Assembly (NCBI GenBank): GCA_049903315.1
Contig: JBNGBT010000021.1
Location: forward strand, 1-15,436
Reading direction: 5' to 3'
DNA from: Candidatus Cloacimonadota bacterium
Lineage (GTDB): Bacteria > Cloacimonadota > Cloacimonadia > JGIOTU-2
DNA: 15,436 nucleotides
Position numbers and translations under genes: made by a program. Shown in pieces: positions 8,545 to 15,436 of this stretch (positions are counted from its first letter, which is position 1; the number at the start of each line of letters is the position of its first letter). The notes under the pieces were generated by a model. It was not told the DNA's origin. It saw nothing but the letters and a program-made list of their open reading frames with translations, and did no database searches.

Positions 8545-9009
8545 TTATTGAGTAACAAAATCGGCAGATACCGGTGCTTCACTTTTTATTTCCATTTGAC
8601 CTGATGTACAATGTATGAGTAGCCATCTTTGAAGGTTATAGGTTTTCGATCGCACACCAATTGCGAATTTTCGCCAGTAATCAGGCCACATTTTTATCTT
8701 GAATCCTTTATTGGTGAAATCGTCTTCTGTTGAAAGTATTTCCTGCATATTGCCATTAAAATCCGGAAGGAGAGCGATGATCTTATCCTCGTTATCATTC
8801 ATACGGGTAACACTTTTTCCGTAACCTCCATGAGAAATTGGCAGAAGGTAATGCTCATATATAAGAGTGCCAACCTGGAACAGGAGATCGTCGAGTATTT
8901 TTTTTTCATGCTCAATACCTTGCTGATGAATAACAGCAACTGCTCCGGCAATTCCTATAGCAATTATCGCTACGACGAGAAATATCATGATAAATTGATA
9001 TGAGCCCAT
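8545..9009 (-). CDS. Pilin-like protein (MG-leader type)
   Basis: MG followed by an about 22-residue hydrophobic helix, an amphipathic helix and YEHYLLPISHGGYGKS, resembling MGQQQLLL...YYxxPxxxGGGG proteins of FCB bacteria. Confidence 0.6.
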   Translation of the reverse strand: MGSYQFIMIFLVVAIIAIGIAGAVAVIHQQGIEHEKKILDDLLFQVGTLIYEHYLLPISHGGYGKSVTRMNDNEDKIIALLPDFNGNMQEILSTEDDFTNKGFKIKMWPDYWRKFAIGVRSKTYNLQRWLLIHCTSGQMEIKSEAPVSADFVTQ

Positions 9010-9107
9010 TAGATGTAGAGGTTTATTGCGATCCTACAAGAAGAATGTTCGAAAAGAAGAGAAAACCAAACAAATGTTATCGCTATGTTCTTCATTTATC
9101 TTCTTTT

Positions 9108-10424
9108 TTATTTATTTACGCTTTTCTTTTTTGAAAGACCGACAACGCAATTTTTCCCTTGTTTTTTACCTTGATAAAGTGCTTCGTCTGCGATTTTTAT
9201 GCAGACATCAATATCCATTTTCTCATCATATGTTGCCACACCGAATGTAATGGTCGAATGGATTTTTTTTCCATCATATTCAAAATCTGCTTCCTCGATG
9301 GATTTTCTTATCTTTTCTGTCACGATCAACGCACCCTCTAATGTTGTTTTCGGGTACATGAGAATGAATTCTTCACCACCCCATCTGCCGACAATATCCT
9401 GTTTTCGTGTGCTCTCTTTCAGAAGTTGAGCGATATTTGTAAGCACCATATCTCCGGCTTGATGTCCATATGTATCATTTATTTCTTTGAAGCCATCCAC
9501 GTCTCCAATTGCAATGGAAAATTGTACTGCTGATCTTTCAAAACGTGAGCATTCATAATTGAGTTTTTCCATCATATCGAGCCGGTTTGAAAGCTGGGTG
9601 AGATGGTCCGTATGTGCGAGAACATCCATCTTTTTATATGCTCTGATGATTTCCTCTTTTGCTTTTATCCGATCAGAGATATCTCGCATAATGCCAATGG
9701 CGTTCCACTCGTTATGAAGTTTCACGCTTGTCAGAGAGAGTTCTACAGTGATGATAGTTTTGTCTTTTGTCAGGGCTTTGAGTTCAATAGTTTTCCCGAT
9801 AAATTTTCCGTCTCCACTGTTCCTGAAAAAAGGCATTGCTTTTTTATGATCTTCATAGTAATAATCCGGTGCAAGAAATTTATGTAATTCCTTTCCCATA
9901 ACCTCTTCCCGGGTGAATCCAAATATCCTCTCCGCTCCATTGTTCCAAAAAGTAATCATTCCATTGATGTCCATCATCACGATTGCATCGCGCGCAGCAG
10001 AGCTGAGAACGCGGAATTTCTCCTCTTCCTCAACAGCTTTTTCTTCAAGAGTAAGTTGTTTAACAAGTATATCGATCTGTTCGAGCAAGCGGTCAGTGTC
10101 TACTGGTTTGATAAGGAAGCCGTTCACACCCAGGTCGATCGCTTTGAGCATGTAATTTGTATTGCTGTACGCAGAAGTGATAAGAATTTTTGCATCCGGA
10201 TCGAGAGTCCGTATATGCTGTATCATCTCAAGACCATCCATCACGGGCATTTGAAGATCCGTTACCACGATATCAGGTTTATGAGTTTTATAAAGTTCGA
10301 GTCCCTCTGCGCCGTTCAAAGCAGTATAAATAGTATCAAACTTATTTTTAAGAACACGTTTAATATATGAGAGGATAATATGCTGATCCTCTACAACGAG
10401 GATCGATTTATGAGTAGAATCCAT
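9108..10424 (-). CDS. REC-PAS-GGDEF diguanylate cyclase
   Basis: REC (VVEDQ, VTDLQMPVMDG, IKP), PAS (WNNGAERIFGF...MRDISDR), GGDEF (TDHLTQLSNR, RKQD I-site, GGEEF). Confidence 0.93.
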   Translation of the reverse strand: MDSTHKSILVVEDQHIILSYIKRVLKNKFDTIYTALNGAEGLELYKTHKPDIVVTDLQMPVMDGLEMIQHIRTLDPDAKILITSAYSNTNYMLKAIDLGVNGFLIKPVDTDRLLEQIDILVKQLTLEEKAVEEEEKFRVLSSAARDAIVMMDINGMITFWNNGAERIFGFTREEVMGKELHKFLAPDYYYEDHKKAMPFFRNSGDGKFIGKTIELKALTKDKTIITVELSLTSVKLHNEWNAIGIMRDISDRIKAKEEIIRAYKKMDVLAHTDHLTQLSNRLDMMEKLNYECSRFERSAVQFSIAIGDVDGFKEINDTYGHQAGDMVLTNIAQLLKESTRKQDIVGRWGGEEFILMYPKTTLEGALIVTEKIRKSIEEADFEYDGKKIHSTITFGVATYDEKMDIDVCIKIADEALYQGKKQGKNCVVGLSKKKSVNK

Positions 10425-10582
10425 GATGTCCTTTCAAAATTATTGTTTGCTCAATATTCTATGTATTTGTTGGCAGATTGCACCATGTTTAACATTGAGT
10501 TGACATACTGTATTACTTTGAAGCAAAATATAAGAATAATATTAATTATGAAAAAGCATAAATTCGAAGATTGTGTCAATAA

Positions 10583-10954
10583 TTATTTTATCGCAATAAG
10601 TGAGATCTCTACTTCAGCATCCTTGGGAAGTTTTGCTACCTGGTATGCTTCTCGCGCAGGATAGGGCTGGACGAAATATTTTTTATACAGGTCATTGAGC
10701 AGTTCGAAATGTCCGAGATCTTTCAGGAAGCAGCTTACTTTTACCACATTCCCAAAATCCATGCCTGCATCGATGAGGATTGCTTTCAGATTTTCAAAAA
10801 CCAGCTTTGCCTGTTCTGCAAAGGTTTCACCCCATATGCCCGTTTTCGGATTCACGCCGAGTTGCCCGGAAATAAAAAGCATTCCGTTGTGCATAATTGC
10901 CTGTGAGTAGGGTCCTATTGCCTTTGGGGCATTGTTTGATGTGATTGCGTTCAT
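10583..10954 (-). CDS. ridA: RidA family enamine/imine deaminase
   Basis: APKAIGPYSQA, ISGQLG, NVVKV, PAR catalytic Arg, LPKDAEVEI; SD AGGAG. Confidence 0.9.
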   Translation of the reverse strand: MNAITSNNAPKAIGPYSQAIMHNGMLFISGQLGVNPKTGIWGETFAEQAKLVFENLKAILIDAGMDFGNVVKVSCFLKDLGHFELLNDLYKKYFVQPYPAREAYQVAKLPKDAEVEISLIAIK

Positions 10955-11000
10955 GTGCGCTCCTATGTCTTTTCTTTGAAGGGAATTATTAATGAAATCA

Positions 11001-11049
11001 CGTCAATAATTTCGTTGACAGTCAGTAAAGAAAAAATGCTTTTAACTCC
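11001..11049. promoter_or_regulatory. Divergent promoter region with back-to-back -35 boxes
   Basis: TTGACG on minus (11006-11001) toward ridA; TTGACA on plus (11015-11020) toward the GNAT gene. Confidence 0.5.
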
Positions 11050-11931
11050 ATGGAAATAAAAAAAATAACACCCGAACATAAAGAGAGAGCGCTTCAGATT
11101 TCCAAAGATATTTGGGAAGGTGATGACTATATCCCGCAAATATTTGATGAATGGGTTGCTGATCCATATGGGAAATTTGCCGGGCTTTTTGATGAAGATA
11201 CACTTATAGCATTTGGTAAAATGACCTATCTTACTCCCACAGATGTCTGGCTGGAGGGACTGAGAAAAGACCAAAACTCAGAGGTAAAAGGAATTGCGAA
11301 ATATTTCACTGAATATTATTTGAAAATTCTCTCACAACGTAAGGACCTTACGTCCGTGCGCTTTGCCACTTACTTTGAAAATTACGGATCAATCATTCCA
11401 GCTGAGAGAGCAGGATTTGAAAGAGTGCTGACTTGCTCTCTGAAGAATCGTGTAATTGATAAAAAAGAGAAGATTGAGGTTCATCAAAATATTACAAATG
11501 ACATTTCTTATAAAGATTTCCAAGACTATATCATTACCTCATCCTATCTGAAAAAATGCAAGAATCTTTTATCAAAAGGATGGGTGCTGTATGATACAAC
11601 AGAGCAGTTGCTTGCAGGATTCTATACGAAGAAGCAGTTCGGAGCATTGGTTGAGAATGGTATCATAAAAGGACTTATTCTGTTTTCTGATATTTATTAT
11701 ACTGATACTTTCTGGATAAGTTTTCTCGAAGCGGAGAATAGTCTTATTCGAGATTCACTCCTCAAATTTGGAAAAAAAACTGCGCAAGATCGTAATAAGA
11801 GTGAGATACAAATTATCATTCCTGATGATAAGGAATTATTAACCTGGGTTGAAGAAAGCGGATTCACAAGCTGGGAAAGGAATAAAGATTTTCTCGTTTT
11901 TGACCTTCCTCTTGAGGTATTAGTAGGTTAA
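11050..11931 (+). CDS. Two-domain GNAT family acetyltransferase (NAT16/histidine N-acetyltransferase-like N-terminus)
   Basis: DIWEGDDYIPQIFDEW, VWLEGLR, degenerate motif A EVKGIA, NYGSIIPAERAGF. Confidence 0.75.
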   Translation: MEIKKITPEHKERALQISKDIWEGDDYIPQIFDEWVADPYGKFAGLFDEDTLIAFGKMTYLTPTDVWLEGLRKDQNSEVKGIAKYFTEYYLKILSQRKDLTSVRFATYFENYGSIIPAERAGFERVLTCSLKNRVIDKKEKIEVHQNITNDISYKDFQDYIITSSYLKKCKNLLSKGWVLYDTTEQLLAGFYTKKQFGALVENGIIKGLILFSDIYYTDTFWISFLEAENSLIRDSLLKFGKKTAQDRNKSEIQIIIPDDKELLTWVEESGFTSWERNKDFLVFDLPLEVLVG

Positions 11932-11988
11932 AAATATTTCTTGACATGCCTGTTGATAGGCTTTTCCTCTCCTGTAGAAAGGAATTTC

Positions 11989-12435
11989 ATGAAATATATA
12001 ACCATCCATGATTATTCTCAAATGAAATCTGAAGTTGCATTAGATAAGTTTGAAAATTTTCTTTATGAACATCTCGGTCAATATGGTGATCCTAAAAATG
12101 CAATTGAAAAATCTATTCACTACGCTTTTTCAAAAAGTGATGGAAAAGGAGGATTCGTAATTATTGTATTAAATGAAGATAACCTGATTGGAGCCACTGT
12201 TGTTAACCAAACCGGGATGTCTGCATATATTCCTGAAAATGTTCTTGTGTATATCGCTGTACACAAAGATTTCAGAGGTAAGGGAATTGGGAGTTCATTG
12301 CTTCGCAGGACGATTGAAGAATGCAAGGGGGATGTTGCATTGCATGTAGAGAAAAATAATCCTGCCAAAAGATTGTATGAACGTGTTGGATTTGATTCGA
12401 AATATGTTGAAATGAGATACAGTAAGGACGACTGA
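11989..12435 (+). CDS. GNAT family N-acetyltransferase
   Basis: ATG 11989 with SD GAAAGGA (the TTG at 11941 is the -35 box); YIAVHKDFRGKGIG, LHVEKNNPAKRLYERVGF. Confidence 0.9.
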   Translation: MKYITIHDYSQMKSEVALDKFENFLYEHLGQYGDPKNAIEKSIHYAFSKSDGKGGFVIIVLNEDNLIGATVVNQTGMSAYIPENVLVYIAVHKDFRGKGIGSSLLRRTIEECKGDVALHVEKNNPAKRLYERVGFDSKYVEMRYSKDD

Positions 12436-13535
12436 TGGCTGAACTTTTGATAAAAACAAAAAAAATTATAGAAAATATCGAAAAAGTATCGAATCTGATG
12501 GAGTCTCATTCAATAGAATGGACGCTCATTGTGAAAATACTAAGTGGACATAAAAAGATACTCAGAGAGATTATTCAAAATCCTATCATTAAAAGAATTA
12601 ACTCATTAGGTGATTCGCGATTAACCGGTTTGAGACGTATTAAGGAAATTAATCCGGATATTATCACGATGTATATTAAACCGCCAGCTATCAAATATAT
12701 TCCTTCAATCGTTGAATATGCTGATATTTCATTAAATAGTTCATTCAAGACGATTGAAGCTCTTAATGAAGAAGCACGAAAGAAGAAAAAGGTACATAAG
12801 ATTGTAATTATGATCGAAATGGGGGAGCTTAGAGAAGGAGTTATTAGGGAGAATATTTTAGGATTTTATGATAAGGTTTTTAAGTTGTCAAATATTGAAA
12901 TTATAGGGCTTGGGACAAATCTTGGTTGTATGTATGGTGTTGAACCAACGTATGATAAGATGATCCAATTATCATTATATAAACAACTTTTGGAAGCACG
13001 TTTTAATAGAAAAATACCATATATTTCTGGTGGTAGCTCGATTACATTACCGCTTATCAAGAAACGAAAAATACCTGCTGCTATAAATCACTTACGAATA
13101 GGGCAAGCGGTCTTTCTTGGCACCTCACCTTATGATAATGAAAAGTTCGATTGTCTGTCGACCGATATATTTGAACTTAGTGCGAATATTATTGAAGTTG
13201 AGAAAAAAGAAACCACTCCAAGTGGTTCAATTTCAGAAGGAAATGTAGGACACATAGGTTCGATAGAATATCCTGCTGAAGTATATAAGTCTTATCGCGC
13301 AATAGTTGATTTTGGTGTGTTGGATGTGGATATAAAAAATATCAAACCCAAAGATAAAAATATTTCATTTTTCGGCACCACTTCAGATATGACGGTTTTT
13401 GATCTGGGCTTAAATAAAGTAAAGAATTCATCAAATGATAAATACAAGGTTGGTGATAGACTTAAGTTTGTGCCAAATTATATGGCAGTTGCACGTTTGA
13501 TGAATTCAAAGTATATCTCAAAAAGGATTTTGTAA
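12435..13535 (+). CDS. Alanine/ornithine racemase family PLP enzyme (fold type III, Orr-like)
   Basis: LIVK PLP lysine, GDSR, DISLNS, MIEMGELREG, GTNLGC, SGGSS, NHLRIG, GTTSD, PNY; TGATG overlap with the GNAT gene. Confidence 0.85.
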   Translation: MAELLIKTKKIIENIEKVSNLMESHSIEWTLIVKILSGHKKILREIIQNPIIKRINSLGDSRLTGLRRIKEINPDIITMYIKPPAIKYIPSIVEYADISLNSSFKTIEALNEEARKKKKVHKIVIMIEMGELREGVIRENILGFYDKVFKLSNIEIIGLGTNLGCMYGVEPTYDKMIQLSLYKQLLEARFNRKIPYISGGSSITLPLIKKRKIPAAINHLRIGQAVFLGTSPYDNEKFDCLSTDIFELSANIIEVEKKETTPSGSISEGNVGHIGSIEYPAEVYKSYRAIVDFGVLDVDIKNIKPKDKNISFFGTTSDMTVFDLGLNKVKNSSNDKYKVGDRLKFVPNYMAVARLMNSKYISKRIL

Positions 13536-13627
13536 ACATTCTTAAGATTAGACATTTTTTCATTGACAGGGTTTTGAGATTTCATAAAAAAATCATTTAT
13601 AAAGATCACAGTAAGGAGATAGTTCCT

Positions 13628-15412
13628 ATGAAAAAACTAGTGCTCCTGATTAGTTTTTTTTGCCTTCTCACGAATATTGTATGTGCAAAAACCTATCTGC
13701 GGCAGAATTCATTTTACGCTCCTGCCAGCATGACCGGCGAGCAGGCGCAAATCAAAGCAGTGGGGGATATGAAATCACAGTTGATAAATGAATTATTTTC
13801 CTATGCAAAATTTACGACTCTTTGGAATACAATTGATAAAAATGATACTCTATCTACCAATAATGTCGAGATGCTTAAGCCCCTTGTTTCATTGAATGAG
13901 ATCATTGAAGAGACCAGAGAAGACAATGTGTATTATATCAATGCAGAATTTGAAGCCAATGAAGACACAATCATGAACAGATTGCGCGAGATATTCTCTG
14001 GGGAAACAACTCAGCAAATACCTCAACCACAAATTGAAAAACCGGCAGAAGAGCTCACGGCACACCAAACTCAAACACAACTTACGAAGAAAGACGTTGT
14101 GGTGGATAAACCTCTGACCGGATCTGCATATTATAATTTCCAACTTGCGTTAGAAGCTCAGTCGCTTAAGCGTTATAAAGAAGCGTTAGCGTGGTATGAA
14201 AAGTCGCTGGAGTATAATCCGAACAATGCGGAAGCTCATAATAATATGGGCATTATTTTGAGTATCCTGGGCGCTTATGAGGCAGCGATACAGCACTTTA
14301 ATGAAGCGAAAATTATTAATCCCACACTTCCTCAGGTTTATAATAATCTTGGCAACGCACATGAAAGTCTTGGACAGTTACACGAAGCTATAAAAGACTA
14401 TGAAATGGCTATTAGTGTGCAGGCTAATTATACGGATAGTTATTACAATCTTGCACGTGTTTATACAGAAATGAGAGAGTTTGAAAAAGCAGAATCGACT
14501 CTCAATAAATTGATCCAACTTGATCCAAATAATGCATATGCTTGTTTTGGAATGGGCAATATGTATGCCAAGAAACGAGATTTTGATAAAGCGATCACAT
14601 GGTTTGAAAAAGCGATTAAACTAAAACCTAACTATGCTGAAGCTCATTATAAACTTGGTGTAACTCTTGGGTTGAAGGGTGATATGAACAAAGGCATTCA
14701 GCATATCAATTATGCAAACAGTCTTGGATATGAATACCAGGAAGATCTTGTGTTTTCTGAGGATTCGGATAAAAAAATGAAATCTGATGATTTTGCGGTG
14801 ATCGGCTCGGATACGCAAATTTCAGATGATGGAGTGCAATCGACCATTGTGTACACAATGGATGAGAACACACCAGTTCAGGAAAGCGTCAAAATTAAAG
14901 CTCCGGGAGAGATCGAAGTTATCACAGAAGATCCTGTTCAAGAGCCAATTGTTGATAAAAGAGAGACCGTTAACACAACGGACCTTTATCAGAAATTTGA
15001 ACAGCTGCTTGGAAAAACAGATCAGAGTGCCGGTGATGTACAGAATATTCCCGATGAGGTCAAGCCAACTGATATTAGTTCAGACGGACTCTATCTGACC
15101 GGGAAGGAAGGTGATTCGAACCAATTTAACTTTCTTTTAAAGGATAAATTAAAAGATGATAATAGCGTAGAATTTACTAATAAAAGAGAGGCAATTGCCG
15201 CTCTCTTTAAGGAAGGTTATACTCAATTCATGAATGGAAATTATGAGAAATCAGCAGAATCATATACATCGGTGCTGGACATGGATCCGCAAAACTCAAT
15301 GGCTATGTATAGTCTTGGTACGGTGTATGCCTTTCAAAAAGAAAATGATAAAGCATTAGATGTAAGATTTTCACGCGTTGTTTACACTTTTAGGGAAGAA
15401 ATATGCTATTAA
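13628..15412 (+). pseudogene. Secreted TPR protein truncated at 15360 by the IS-like end
   Basis: ATG 13628 with SD AAGGAG and upstream TTGACA 13563-13568. Signal peptide, six TPRs, acidic linker, seventh TPR, eighth cut at DKAL. The last 16 aa and the stop are encoded by the repeat. Confidence 0.75.
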
Positions 15413-15436
15413 TTTCTCCATTGGTGTTAACTCGTC
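15361..15436 (+). mobile_element. Terminal 76 bp of a probable IS481-family element (element body lies right of the window)
   Basis: ATTAGA|TGTAAGATTTTCACGCGTTGTTTACAC...; 15361-15432 is identical in reverse to 1-72; interrupts a TPR motif mid-codon; possible promoter TTGTTT-18-TATGCT reading into the element. Confidence 0.65.

Noticed and set aside
9010..9107. c-di-GMP riboswitch between the cyclase and pilin-like genes
   Set aside because: No GEMM-I core (GCAAA...GAAA...GCAAAGC) or class II features are visible
4363..13535. Gene symbols fucI, cpdB, orr or alr
   Set aside because: Family membership is supported, but substrate-level orthology is not, and pathway partners are absent
11941..13627. 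Track starts at TTG 11941 and TTG 13574
   Set aside because: Both fall in promoter DNA; ATGs at 11989 and 13628 have clear SD sequences and give typical N-termini
978..15098. Short overlapping or antisense ORFs in the track (e.g. 3014-3379, 3926-4267, 10380-10664, 10963-11274, 12120-12509, 14826-15098)
   Set aside because: They shadow well-supported genes and lack recognisable motifs
73..15360. ATTAAG and ATTAGA as one target-site duplication
   Set aside because: The hexamers differ in either orientation; they share only a target preference
1..15436. Window as a linear plasmid, phage or self-contained transposon with terminal inverted repeats
   Set aside because: No replication, terminal-protein, capsid or transposase genes are present. 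The TGT/ACA termini face inward, so the elements lie outside, and the right repeat cuts a gene.

Overview
This is an AT-rich bacterial chromosomal segment. The gene mix suggests an FCB-group anaerobe such as Cloacimonadota, which is inference only. The most striking feature is that bases 1-72 are an exact reverse complement of 15361-15432. Both copies end in TGT/ACA next to an N-YTAR-N hexamer and resemble an IS481-family end, so the window appears to lie between two oppositely oriented IS copies. The right copy truncates a TPR gene, and the left copy sits 7 bp before the ATG of an AT-rich orphan gene that is followed by a 3x9-bp CTCTGTG repeat. The interior begins with dcp (M3 peptidase) and a bidirectional terminator. 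A long minus-strand run follows: RidA, REC-PAS-GGDEF cyclase, pilin-like protein, membrane protein, VOC protein, conserved hypothetical, CpdB-like nucleotidase, fucose-isomerase-like protein, GyrI-like lipoprotein and EamA transporter. A plus-strand run ends the window: GNAT, GNAT coupled to an ornithine-racemase-like PLP enzyme, and a secreted TPR protein. I saw no rRNA, tRNA, CRISPR array or transposase ORF. All family calls come from motif recognition, not database searches.
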